Below are positions 14,333 to 28,800 of a stretch of DNA of 64,000 nt, piece by piece. The notes below the pieces were generated by a model. The model saw only the letters and a list, made by a program, of their open reading frames with translations, was not told the origin of the DNA and ran no database searches. The position numbers were made by a program, and so were the translations under genes. Positions within the stretch are counted from its first letter, which is position 1; every line of letters starts with the position of its first letter. Source of the stretch: Mizuhopecten yessoensis (taxonomy: Eukaryota); assembly GCF_002113885.1 (NCBI RefSeq), contig NW_018479914.1, positions 1 through 64,000 of the forward strand, written 5' to 3'.

Positions 14333-17300
14333 TGTTCCTCGTACAGGACATATACACCTTGGTAGCTTGTTCCTCGTACAGGACATATACACCTTGGTAG
14401 CTTGTTCCTCGTACAGGACATATACACCTTGGTAGCTTGTTCCTCGTACAGGACATATACACCTTGGTAGCTTGTTCCTCGTACAGGACATATACACCTT
14501 GGTAGCTTGTTCCTCGTACAGGACATATACACCTTGGTAGCTTGTTCCTCGTACAGGACATATACACCTTGGTAGCTTGTTCCTCGTACAGGACATATAC
14601 ACCTTGGTAGCTTGTTCCTCGTACAGGACATATACACCTTGGTAGCTTGTTCCTCGTACAGGACATATACACCTTGGTAGCTTGTTCCTCGTACAGGACA
14701 TATACACCTTGGTAGCTTGTTCCTCGTACAGGACATATACACCTTGGTAGCTTGTTCCTCGTACAGGACATATACACCTTGGTAGCTTGTTCCTCGTACA
14801 GGACATATACACCTTGGTAGCTTGTTCCTCGTACAGGACATATACACCTTGGTAGCTTGTTCCTCGTACAGGACATATACACCTTGGTAGCTTGTTCCTC
14901 GTACAGGACATATACACCTTGGTAGCTTGTTCCTCGTACAGGACATATACACCTTGGTAGCTTGTTCCTCGTACAGGACATATACACCTTGGTAGCTTGT
15001 TCCTCGTACAGGACATATACACCTTGGTAGCTTGTTCCTCGTACAGGACATATACACCTTGGTAGCTTGTTCCTCGTACAGGACATATACACCTTGGTAG
15101 CTTGTTCCTCGTACAGGACATATACACCTTGGTAGCTTGTTCCTCGTACAGGACATATACACCTTGGTAGCTTGTTCCTCGTACAGGACATATACACCTT
15201 GGTAGCTTGTTCCTCGTACAGGACATATACACCTTGGTAGCTTGTTCCTCGTACAGGACATATACACCTTGGTAGCTTGTTCCTCGTACAGGACATATAC
15301 ACCTTGGTAGCTTGTTCCTCGTACAGGACATATACACCTTGGTAGCTTGTTCCTCGTACAGGACATATACACCTTGGTAGCTTGTTCCTCGTACAGGACA
15401 TATACACCTTGGTAGCTTGTTCCTCGTACAGGACATATACACCTTGGTAGCTTGTTCCTCGTACAGGACATATACACCTTGGTAGCTTGTTCCTCGTACA
15501 GGACATATACACCTTGGTAGCTTGTTCCTCGTACAGGACATATACACCTTGGTAGCTTGTTCCTCGTACAGGACATATACACCTTGGTAGCTTGTTCCTC
15601 GTACAGGACATATACACCTTGGTAGCTTGTTCCTCGTACAGGACATATACACCTTGGTAGCTTGTTCCTCGTACAGGACATATACACCTTGGTAGCTTGT
15701 TCCTCGTACAGGACATATACACCTTGGTAGCTTGTTCCTCGTACAGGACATATACACCTTGGTAGCTTGTTCCTCGTACAGGACATATACACCTTGGTAG
15801 CTTGTTCCTCGTACAGGACATATACACCTTGGTAGCTTGTTCCTCGTACAGGACATATACACCTTGGTAGCTTGTTCCTCGTACAGGACATATACACCTT
15901 GGTAGCTTGTTCCTCGTACAGGACATATACACCTTGGTAGCTTGTTCCTCGTACAGGACATATACACCTTGGTAGCTTGTTCCTCGTACAGGACATATAC
16001 ACCTTGGTAGCTTGTTCCTCGTACAGGACATATACACCTTGGTAGCTTGTTCCTCGTACAGGACATATACACCTTGGTAGCTTGTTCCTCGTACAGGACA
16101 TATACACCTTGGTAGCTTGTTCCTCGTACAGGACATATACACCTTGGTAGCTTGTTCCTCGTACAGGACATATACACCTTGGTAGCTTGTTCCTCGTACA
16201 GGACATATACACCTTGGTAGCTTGTTCCTCGTACAGGACATATACACCTTGGTAGCTTGTTCCTCGTACAGGACATATACACCTTGGTAGCTTGTTCCTC
16301 GTACAGGACATATACACCTTGGTAGCTTGTTCCTCGTACAGGACATATACACCTTGGTAGCTTGTTCCTCGTACAGGACATATACACCTTGGTAGCTTGT
16401 TCCTCGTACAGGACATATACACCTTGGTAGCTTGTTCCTCGTACAGGACATATACACCTTGGTAGCTTGTTCCTCGTACAGGACATATACACCTTGGTAG
16501 CTTGTTCCTCGTACAGGACATATACACCTTGGTAGCTTGTTCCTCGTACAGGACATATACACCTTGGTAGCTTGTTCCTCGTACAGGACATATACACCTT
16601 GGTAGCTTGTTCCTCGTACAGGACATATACACCTTGGTAGCTTGTTCCTCGTACAGGACATATACACCTTGGTAGCTTGTTCCTCGTACAGGACATATAC
16701 ACCTTGGTAGCTTGTTCCTCGTACAGGACATATACACCTTGGTAGCTTGTTCCTCGTACAGGACATATACACCTTGGTAGCTTGTTCCTCGTACAGGACA
16801 TATACACCTTGGTAGCTTGTTCCTCGTACAGGACATATACACCTTGGTAGCTTGTTCCTCGTACAGGACATATACACCTTGGTAGCTTGTTCCTCGTACA
16901 GGACATATACACCTTGGTAGCTTGTTCCTCGTACAGGACATATACACCTTGGTAGCTTGTTCCTCGTACAGGACATATACACCTTGGTAGCTTGTTCCTC
17001 GTACAGGACATATACACCTTGGTAGCTTGTTCCTCGTACAGGACATATACACCTTGGTAGCTTGTTCCTCGTACAGGACATATACACCTTGGTAGCTTGT
17101 TCCTCGTACAGGACATATACACCTTGGTAGCTTGTTCCTCGTACAGGACATATACACCTTGGTAGCTTGTTCCTCGTACAGGACATATACACCTTGGTAG
17201 CTTGTTCCTCGTACAGGACATATACACCTTGGTAGCTTGTTCCTCGTACAGGACATATACACCTTGGTAGCTTGTTCCTCGTACAGGACATATACACCTT

Positions 17301-19610
17301 GGTAGCTTGTTCCTCGTACAGGACATATACACCTTGGTAGCTTGTTCCTCGTACAGGACATATACACCTTGGTAGCTTGTTCCTCGTACAGGACATATAC
17401 ACCTTGGTAGCTTGTTCCTCGTACAGGACATATACACCTTGGTAGCTTGTTCCTCGTACAGGACATATACACCTTGGTAGCTTGTTCCTCGTACAGGACA
17501 TATACACCTTGGTAGCTTGTTCCTCGTACAGGACATATACACCTTGGTAGCTTGTTCCTCGTACAGGACATATACACCTTGGTAGCTTGTTCCTCGTACA
17601 GGACATATACACCTTGGTAGCTTGTTCCTCGTACAGGACATATACACCTTGGTAGCTTGTTCCTCGTACAGGACATATACACCTTGGTAGCTTGTTCCTC
17701 GTACAGGACATATACACCTTGGTAGCTTGTTCCTCGTACAGGACATATACACCTTGGTAGCTTGTTCCTCGTACAGGACATATACACCTTGGTAGCTTGT
17801 TCCTCGTACAGGACATATACACCTTGGTAGCTTGTTCCTCGTACAGGACATATACACCTTGGTAGCTTGTTCCTCGTACAGGACATATACACCTTGGTAG
17901 CTTGTTCCTCGTACAGGACATATACACCTTGGTAGCTTGTTCCTCGTACAGGACATATACACCTTGGTAGCTTGTTCCTCGTACAGGACATATACACCTT
18001 GGTAGCTTGTTCCTCGTACAGGACATATACACCTTGGTAGCTTGTTCCTCGTACAGGACATATACACCTTGGTAGCTTGTTCCTCGTACAGGACATATAC
18101 ACCTTGGTAGCTTGTTCCTCGTACAGGACATATACACCTTGGTAGCTTGTTCCTCGTACAGGACATATACACCTTGGTAGCTTGTTCCTCGTACAGGACA
18201 TATACACCTTGGTAGCTTGTTCCTCGTACAGGACATATACACCTTGGTAGCTTGTTCCTCGTACAGGACATATACACCTTGGTAGCTTGTTCCTCGTACA
18301 GGACATATACACCTTGGTAGCTTGTTCCTCGTACAGGACATATACACCTTGGTAGCTTGTTCCTCGTACAGGACATATACACCTTGGTAGCTTGTTCCTC
18401 GTACAGGACATATACACCTTGGTAGCTTGTTCCTCGTACAGGACATATACACCTTGGTAGCTTGTTCCTCGTACAGGACATATACACCTTGGTAGCTTGT
18501 TCCTCGTACAGGACATATACACCTTGGTAGCTTGTTCCTCGTACAGGACATATACACCTTGGTAGCTTGTTCCTCGTACAGGACATATACACCTTGGTAG
18601 CTTGTTCCTCGTACAGGACATATACACCTTGGTAGCTTGTTCCTCGTACAGGACATATACACCTTGGTAGCTTGTTCCTCGTACAGGACATATACACCTT
18701 GGTAGCTTGTTCCTCGTACAGGACATATACACCTTGGTAGCTTGTTCCTCGTACAGGACATATACACCTTGGTAGCTTGTTCCTCGTACAGGACATATAC
18801 ACCTTGGTAGCTTGTTCCTCGTACAGGACATATACACCTTGGTAGCTTGTTCCTCGTACAGGACATATACACCTTGGTAGCTTGTTCCTCGTACAGGACA
18901 TATACACCTTGGTAGCTTGTTCCTCGTACAGGACATATACACCTTGGTAGCTTGTTCCTCGTACAGGACATATACACCTTGGTAGCTTGTTCCTCGTACA
19001 GGACATATACACCTTGGTAGCTTGTTCCTCGTACAGGACATATACACCTTGGTAGCTTGTTCCTCGTACAGGACATATACACCTTGGTAGCTTGTTCCTC
19101 GTACAGGACATATACACCTTGGTAGCTTGTTCCTCGTACAGGACATATACACCTTGGTAGCTTGTTCCTCGTACAGGACATATACACCTTGGTAGCTTGT
19201 TCCTCGTACAGGACATATACACCTTGGTAGCTTGTTCCTCGTACAGGACATATACACCTTGGTAGCTTGTTCCTCGTACAGGACATATACACCTTGGTAG
19301 CTTGTTCCTCGTACAGGACATATACACCTTGGTAGCTTGTTCCTCGTACAGGACATATACACCTTGGTAGCTTGTTCCTCGTACAGGACATATACACCTT
19401 GGTAGCTTGTTCCTCGTACAGGACATATACACCTTGGTAGCTTGTTCCTCGTACAGGACATATACACCTTGGTAGCTTGTTCCTCGTACAGGACATATAC
19501 ACCTTGGTAGCTTGTTCCTCGTACAGGACATATACACCTTGGTAGCTTGTTCCTCGTACAGGACATATACACCTTGGTAGCTTGTTCCTCGTACAGGACA
19601 TATAAACCTT
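14333..19610. repeat. apparently perfect 35-bp tandem array, ~150 copies
   Basis: Unit cttgttcctcgtacaggacatatacaccttggtag; no internal variant seen; only the terminal copies differ. Confidence 0.98.
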
Positions 19611-22600
19611 ATGCATCTGCATGTGTTTCAAAGGTTGTGAAATATTTTCCTAGTTTTTCACTTGTGATATGTAGAATTCATGAACCAAAGTCAGTACAAC
19701 ATTTAACCAGATATAATTGTCCCTATGTTTGGTAAACAATGATTTGCTAGATATCGTTTCCTAGTATTTTGAACAAGTCGAAGAAAGTACGTAATTATTC
19801 TTGCATTTTGCTCAAAGTGAGTAATGTAATTCTTTTCATGCAGAAGTTGACATATGATTTTTAATGATAAAATAATGATGAATTTTTATGTTCATTGCAC
19901 GATCGTCATCCTGACGTTATTGCAGTCAATAATATAGCAGTATCTAACCAGAAACAAGACCAATGTTCACTTTACCTTAAAACGATGGTGACCTATGGGC
20001 TTTCCTTCAAATGAGGATTGACTTATCGCAGATCGTATATATCTTCACTGCAAACACCGAAGTTGTCTAAATATATATTTCATAAATTCGATCGTCTGCA
20101 AACTTCCTTATTGCTTTCACGCAAATGAACAGTCTCGGAGCATTTCACTTCAATTTGATGTATTTTCGTATCATGTTTGAGTCCTATTTTATCCTTGTGT
20201 TTTATACATATAATTCTTACAAGTGGAAGGGAAATGAAACAGGATACTCCACAGTATCGGCACATGGAGACAAAATGAAAGCTCCAAAATAAATACAAAT
20301 GAACAGCAATAGGAAACGATGACATATCAACACAAAACAAAACTTATTGGTTATTGGTAAACAGAACATATCTATTCAGTTTTAAAAAGCGTAAGCAGTT
20401 TATAGGTAAAGAGGACAAAATTGTCAGTAGAAATTCTGGTCAATTAGTAAATTGGTACATAGGACACATAATTTTACTTAAAGAGGTATATTGGCGCATC
20501 TGTTCAGGTATAACCTACTTAAGTATGATATTTATACATGTAAGAAGACACATGGTAGGGATTTGTAATTAATATTTAAAAGAAACCAAGATTGGGATGC
20601 TATAGTTAACAAAAATGTGGGTGTAGATCAATTAGATTTGATAAAACATGATACCTCTCCTCGTAAGACAAGCGTAAACTTCAAAGTAACATGTGGAAGG
20701 CTATCATATTTAATTAGCACACACTAAAAATGCAAAACCTTCAGTATCCGTTGAAGGTTTCACATGCATTTCCCTCAACACTGTACAAGTACGTTCTTTT
20801 GTGATTGACCTTAACTTTCTCAGCAGGAATATAACTTTACATGAAAGTAAGCATTAGGTATATCAATCAACATATTATCAAACATATTACACTAATACAA
20901 TTTCACTCTGCAGGGTCTGTAATAAAACAGGATTTCTAATTATCTACATATGAAATTATTAATTAACTAGTTGAACAGAACATGAAAATAATTTGTGAAT
21001 TTGCATATACTGTGTCTTAATATTCCAGACTCGGAAATTTATTTTTAGAACCATGATATTATAGGAAGCTATGTTACAACGTCTTGAGGATGTGATCATT
21101 ATCTTACCGCTCTAGGTGAAATTCGGGTAAAAATATATTACCTCCTCACTTTATAATAATGTAACACAGGTTCTCCTTACATAGCAAAGTAGATTTGTAG
21201 ATCATGATACCGATCAGAGATTATCAGGTTCGATGTAATGGATAGATTTCCCTCAGCAGGCGGTCGTATATTAGTATCAGATTTAGATGCTGTTTGTACA
21301 TTATTTTAAGTAAGTATTCTACCTGTTATCAAGTTTTTCATGCATTGGCAACATTATAATAATGATAATACATAATATAGCTTTATCGTGTTAATTGAAA
21401 AAAGGGATATTTAATGGTTTTACGTTTATTAATGTATATATTTCATGCCAGAATATAAATATTTTTCACGTGTACAAAGCACGAGTAAAACATCTCTGTA
21501 AAATCATAGGAGTGAAAAATATATGATATTCAATGGTGAAATCTATTATTGTTTACTTTCATTACATTTCTTTTTAAAGGAATATGTCGCAAATATTGCT
21601 GCATAAAAAAGCGCGGGAAACAGTGGCGTGATATTTGACGCCAAGTTTTTCCTACGTCACTCTTGGCACCAAGACATAGCGCCATTTTTAACGGGTTACT
21701 TAACGTAACTCTGTCGTTCGCTGCCCTGAAACAAAAGTAATATCAATTGTTTAGTTAATATGTTAACATCGTACCGTATAATTCAAAGGTGTAACAAAAC
21801 AGCCACTTATTATGCCGTCTCTTCATCTGAAGAAAATCTACGCAGTGAATAAAAAGTACAGGGTTGACTAGACAATATCTAAAGTGATATCTTCATATGA
21901 ATGCAAAGATATAACACTTCATAAATATTCATCGCAGTTAAGAATTTAGTTTTTATCAAATGAATGATTCCTGATGTTTGACTGGTGAAAATATAATAAA
22001 TCAATATAATTTATTATGTTATCCTTCGGGCACCTTCCTGACATGAATGCCATACGAAATAGCGTAAACAATAATACTTTCTAATGAATATATATATTTA
22101 GAAAAGTATCTATAATGAGTTATTGGTTGTATTCATGTCTTAATAAATCCACTTCTTTCTTATTACAAATCGAACGTGTTTCACTTTGATGAACCTGTAT
22201 TTTTGGGTGCATTTTACATCCAAATACTTCTAAGTTTCGAGATTCAAAATGGCTGATGCTAAAATATAAATACAAATAATAAAAAATAAATGAATATATA
22301 CAATAGTACATAATATATATAAATGCAAATATAACTTAATTGCTATTCAACCTATTTAATATTGCTTGATGAAAGTTAAGATGTCTCAAACCTGAATATT
22401 TATTGATTGTATTGATAGTGTAAGGGGCAATGTTACAAGTGTTACCTTTAGCACTACTTTATATCTGTGTATGGTGATACGATACCGACGTGTGTTAAAT
22501 GTGTGTTGTTTGTTAAGAGGAAGAAGCAATAAGAATATTACTGCATTAGGTGCCAGAAAAGTAGCGTCTGATGAAGCAGTGCATTGTACACTGTGAATAA

Positions 22601-23829
22601 GACGTCTCACAGAAACTTGACCCTACTTTCATGCCGTCGCTTGGTCACTTACTTTGTCAGTGTTGTAGTGAGGTAATAAATGTCACTCGTTTAACAAATT
22701 GTCTAACGTCGCGTAAGCACAATTGTGCCATGGATTGCCTTTCAGGTATCCTCTTACAAGTCGTACAAGGTGCCCGAGCAGAATTTCCTTGGCCTACATG
22801 TTTCGGAAAACTGAGTGTTTTAACTATTTACTTATCAATGAACATGTTGTCACCATATAAGAAGGAAGAAAGCCCATATAATGTCGATATATAATAAGTT
22901 ACCTATTGGGAATACTAGTATGTGACGACACAATGGAGAAGCGACATGTGATTGTCAAGGCCATTTACACGTAATGTCCCAACAAATTCACACGTATTTT
23001 CCATATACGTGTCATATTCGTGAAACAAAAATCATTGAAAGCTCCCTATTTATTTATTTTTGTTTCATGAAAATGATAGTGGAAGGCAAATGTTGGCTTA
23101 TAAATTCGTTTTAAGTTCATGTTGTCTTTTATATCATTGTACATGTACGGTTAATTGTATATCTTATTATAATTTTACAAGTAGAGTTGTCTCATATGTA
23201 TTAACAAAGGTGCATTTCTCACGCTATTTGAGGATGCACTTTAGAACATCCCGAGGTTTGGCTGTGGAAAACGAAATGTGATTTCCACTACGTGTCAGTA
23301 AATACAATAGACCTTATAATGTAGAATGTTAAGTGTTTATAAATTTGATACAGGTAGTGTATATCCTGGGGCTTCCTTACGTACAAAACACATTGCGTAA
23401 ACACTCGAAATTGTGTGCAATATGGCGTCAAACATATGATGGAGAAAATAGATAAACACACCGCTTACATATATAATTAACATTTCCAATGGTAATGTTT
23501 CGTCATTGGTGAAAGCATTTTTTAAGTTAAACAAAAAAGTAAGAAAGTTTATCAAAGTGGAAAATCATGAAAACAACAGAATAATTATAATTGTTTGCTT
23601 ACCAAACTTTGTACATTGAGATGTTGCACAAACAGAATGAAGTAAAGCAAGCTTGTTATCTTGTCGGTACTGTGTCGTCTGGGGAGCAAATAGCTGTAAG
23701 TTTTATTACTAAGTAAGGTTAATGTCACAGAAGGGCTATGTTACATGATGTCTGGAACACCTACCGGCCGATCCTGTTACGTGGGGTGTCTCCTTATCTA
23801 AAACTCATCTACTCATGAGCTCAATTAGG

Positions 23830-24027
23830 TATAAAAAGGATCTTTTAAACATTGCAAAACACCACTTATTAGGAATAGTACTGTGAATATTTGCCGATGC
23901 AACAATTCACATTATCTACCACTGAAAATGCACTTAAAGAGTGCAAAACAAACGGAACCTATGTCATACCGACGGTCTAGTGGCAAGTATTGTGTTGACA
24001 ATGAAAGGACACGAAGACAATTAAAAG
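23830..24027 (+). promoter_or_regulatory. candidate TATA box and non-coding first exon of the CUB gene
   Basis: TATAAAAAG at 23830-23838; donor AAG|GTAAGG at 24027/24028; splicing to 25721 puts an in-frame TAA upstream of ATG 25733. Confidence 0.35.
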
Positions 24028-25732
24028 GTAAGGCAAAGATGTTATCATTGCGACAAATCCGCTTCCGTCTGTCATTCGCGTACACTTATCAACCATTATT
24101 CATGAGTTGAACTGACAGTGATTATTTCAAAGAAATTAATTGATATCGTCTGGCAGTCCACTGTGTCGAATATGTTTCCTGTTGGCCTAAATATTCCTAA
24201 AACGGTCGTGTATGTGTTCTAAAGGCTAACAATGCTGTAAGTGTCCCCACGAGATTTTCGCCTGATAAACTTAAACCGAGACCACCTTAGATTTCTCCCC
24301 ACGAGGACTGTTGTTTCATTCATGTTTGCAACTGAAGTAAATTCAAGTCATCTAGTACAATTGTGAATGAGTGTTTTGAGGGGGAGAGCTTGTCTTCGAC
24401 CTAGAACTCTGCTTCCTGCCCTAAGCAAACCAGCCAGTGGAAGACTTTGACCTTATGTTAACTGTTCTGCTTACATGTGAACCGCGAAACCACAGGCTAA
24501 GGATCGCTATACAAAATTTAAATCTTGCATACTCTGAGTACAATGCACAATTATGGACAAATTGGCCTGATTTCGAGCCCCTCTGCTTGAGGTAAATGTC
24601 TGATACCATGGTTTCAGAATACTGCCGGACAATTGAGAAGTGTATGTGTGTGTGTGTGACAAATCGCAATTTTAGCACGGTGATCACACTAGCTGTGTAT
24701 ATAATCACTAGGATGTCTACCGATGCGTCAGACTCGGGGTAGCCCTTTAATGTGCAGAGTGTGTGGGACTCAGGTAAAAAGGGAATTACCGTGTACACGT
24801 ATATCACAGCTGTCGCCACAGGTACATCCCAAGACACTGCTGTGTTACCGTTAGGACTGTATATTATACACAGGTACGTGGTGATCAACTGTGGGAAAGA
24901 ATAACTTGTTACACACTTTGTACACATTTAAAGAATTACATATATTGGACAGTACAGGAAGGTTTTACAGACACAAATTCATGAGGGAATATAATACTAT
25001 CTAAAAATTTATAACTTGGTAATAGAGCTGTTACTATTCCTCTTTAACATTTTTTTGTTTGGCTTGAATTCATATTTTATTCAGGTATGAATATATATCA
25101 CTCAATTATTTAATTTCCAGAAGAATACACTGGCAATGATGAGAATGATTTAATATTATTTCAATAATAGACAATAACACTGATTCTTTTTCTGAATGTA
25201 TCCAAATAATTAAGAAATAATATTTGTCATTTGCATTGTCTTCGAATTATGGTCTTGTTCAGGCTATTCTCTTGTTTTTTGTATTTTTTTCTTTTTTACT
25301 GATCTATCATTATATTTTAATAAGATTATTTTGCATAACACTCCACAATCAATATCGTTCGAGAAAAGAGTATTTATCCAAGGTTTTTTTTATAGGAAAA
25401 TATTATGATCTTTAGCAGCAAAGGCCGTGATAAAATAGACAGACGATAGTAAGACACTCACGTGATGATACAGAATGACAAAAATGCAATGTATTCCTTG
25501 TGTATGACTTAACTGATAATTGGAGATGACGTTATAGCGGTCTAAATATCATTTACGGGAGTTGATGATAAAACGTCTAACAATCATATAGTATTCCTTT
25601 ATTCAAACTCTCGTCATTATATAGGTGGTAAAGCTGAAACAAACTATATGTAATGTTATATTTTTTAATATAATAATACCTCATGTAAGTACAATAATAG
25701 CTTATTTTTTCTGATTTCAGAATAAACTGATC

Positions 25733-25811
25733 ATGTCAATGTGCGCCGATGGTAGGAAATACCCATTGACCGTGCTACAGCTGTGTATTGCCAATGTACT
25801 GGTCACATTCG
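25733..25811 (+). CDS. CUB gene coding exon 1 (signal peptide)
   Basis: MSMCADGRKYPLTVLQLCIANVLVTF; acceptor tttcag at 25720, donor G|GTAAGT. Confidence 0.8.
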
Positions 25812-28800
25812 GTAAGTCTGTCATATATTATCTCGGGAATGTAACAAAAATACATGTCTATGCCAATTAGTATTTAACGGCAGGCTCTGTCAGCATTACT
25901 TTTGGCAACAAATAAATAATGTAATGTTATACTGATTACAGAATATATAATGTAATTGATATGCATATTGTTCGTATCTGGAATATTTTAGAGAAACAAA
26001 AAACATGAATAAGGGGGTGGATGGACTATTCCTTAATAAATTGCATGTGTGTTAAACCTGGTTTATCTGAAATACTACAGGGTTTTATAACGATTTCTTG
26101 CTTTCATGCATATTTAAACATTTACACACATTTGTAAAGTGGCATTGCTATATTCAGTCCGTTTAACTATCACATAAATACCTGACACAAAATACGATTC
26201 AAACCATGCATCAGACCGCTGTCACGTATGTCCCTTGACAGAGGACCACGTAAACCTTACAATAAGCCAGATTCGACACCAGCCCAGTAACATTTCTGTT
26301 CTGGCGTGGTGTGACTCTCATTCAGCTTTTATCAACTTGAGTCAATTAGCTTTGACATAAACGTCACCTCTATTTTATTTCTATTCAATAATAATGGGAG
26401 ATTTTTTATGTAGTTCCTAGGCCATTAGCAGGCGGTATGCATATAACCACAACTTAATGAAACAAAATGATAATGCATTGCTGATATAATTTATTTGGGC
26501 GATCAAATTGCTAGACGCATCAGATTTCTACAAATTCGCTATATTGTTTGCCTGCCGTGTCATTATAATGAATACCTCATTTACACAATGTGCAAATTTA
26601 CCTTGTTTTTGTGTTTTCCTTCTATTTTAACATAATGATATTTTTTTTAAATTATATAGTGTATTGTATTTTTTACATGAAACAAAATTCTGCTTCATCT
26701 AAGCTATGTCAAGAGTGCATTTAAATGACACATTGCATACATGATTCCTTTTATAATTTTTTTTAGATTTCAATAAATATTTTGGACCGTTTTTGGAATT
26801 TATGAAGTTTTGTAATATAGAATGTACAGTGTACGAAACACGTGGATGTAAAATTCGTTGTTTATTTTACCATTTTATTGTATTTGGTTACAACGTACAA
26901 TGTAAATGCAGTAACTATCACACGGTTTATGAAGCTACCCAGTTCACGTCGATTCAAACGATTCTGCATATGTTTAATTCCAAATGATTTATTTCACAAA
27001 TACGTTTTCGCAGCACGTCTCTATATATGCACTACTGCTCCTCATCACTTTCAATAATTTACTTAATTGATGCTTTCAGTTTCATCTCAAACATGCAGTG
27101 TTGTTGACCCAAATGTGTTACCGTCCACATCAGAAATGACGGTGTTCTCCTCGCCTGGGTATAATGCTGGAACCGGGACCTACAGCGCGTGAGTTTTAAA
27201 TGTCAAAACAATTCCATTGCTAATGTCAAAGCCTTTATCTCCGAACATTGCAGACATATTTAGAATACGTTAATAAAGGCATGCTTTAAAAGCGATAAAC
27301 ATGTGTTTCGCTTTCTGGTTTTTTTTTGTACTGTAATTGATTGCAGTAAACCAAATTAAGGGTTGTGAAATATGGTAACTAGCATTATGATATGGAACGT
27401 CAATTGCTCAAATCGTGTTAGGCAAACAATGGCATCGGGTTGCCTAAAACAATCCCCAGGAATGTTGTTATATAAACAAATATGGTATTTCGTGTTGAAC
27501 TTTGTTGTACTTGCCGTATGAGGTTTATCGATAGACGTAAAGGTAGCATATGTATACGATAATATGTCCTCAGTGATACATGAGAATTACGAGTAGAAGT
27601 AATTGTTAGCAGGATGCACGACAGGTGTTCATATTCTACGGTTATCAAAATAAAAACTACAAACCTATCAGGTTAACCATATCACAACAAGTTGAATATA
27701 AAGCAATTTCAAACAATAAGTTTCTTCCCCTGAAATTGCATATAAAAAAAAGCAAATGTTACTTTGGAAAATACCTCCAAGGCAAGTTTTGACACTTTGC
27801 AATATTTCTAAGAATTGTTTCATTATGTTTGTAATATAAATTATGTTGATATAGTACCTTCTGACCTTGTCATAGCATAGGAATCCACGTATCAGTGCAC
27901 CAGTACACACTATCATTGATCATATACCTTTAAATTTCTCCTCATAATTAAAACGTCCTTGAGTAAGCAATGTGACATACTCTAAATACCAGGCAAATAC
28001 TTTGGTTCCGTAAATTGTCGACACGCAATTTGTAGTGTGGTCTTTATTTCTATCGAAGAATAATTTATGAAGAAGATTTATACATACCATTTAAAATTGA
28101 ACGTTTATCCTTTTTATGTGTAAATTATAAATAGAAAGTTTCAAACCTTATTAAAATAAACATTTCCAAATGACTGTTTGTAAACTGTACTGAAATATGT
28201 TCTACATTCCGATTTAAAGCTATTTTCAAGTTTGACTTCGAGTGTCAGACGCTTGTAGACTATTCCCTATTGTTTGAACGTGTAAATAAATAAACAAAAG
28301 CCAATATTCTGTTGTCTTCGGTAATTTTCGGTTAACTCTATGTCTTTGTCTTATGTCTCTAGCATAGACTTCTGCTTTTTCATTAATTGATAATAGCATT
28401 AAATTTAATGATAATGCAACATTTGTGAAGGAATCTACTTTTGCATTTTCGCGCTGAATTGCTCTTAGCGAAGTATTTCACCCATAGTGCCTGTTTCGTT
28501 TACTTGCTATGTTATTTGTTTTAATTATTGAACTTCTGTATTTGATTAGTTCATTAAGTAGTATTTATTACGTTACTATTTCAACAACTTTCCTTTTTTC
28601 ATTTTTAGCTGCCTAGTTAATTTGGTTTTATTACACGTATGTCTTTATATTCGGAAAACATTGTTTGTGATTTTCAGTGATATGGACTGTTTCTGGCTGA
28701 TAGACTCTGGGGCGGCTGACCTAAAGTTACTGATATTTATGACCTACGACACATCATGTCCCGGCGATAAAATATTTATTTACGATGGTAAGAGCAATAT

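Noticed and set aside
14333-19610. CRISPR array (35-bp, weakly palindromic repeat)
   Set aside because: Head-to-tail units with no spacers, no cas genes, and a eukaryotic context.
14194-19631. Three ~1750-1790-aa ORFs as real genes
   Set aside because: They are the three frames of one stop-free 35-bp repeat, with no domain, no synonymous variation and no gene context.
21380-22010. Possible old non-autonomous DNA element
   Set aside because: It looks repeat-like, but termini and target-site duplication could not be defined by eye.
24421-24927. 168-aa minus-strand ORF
   Set aside because: No recognisable motif; it includes a (CA)n tract and lies antisense in the probable first intron of the CUB gene.
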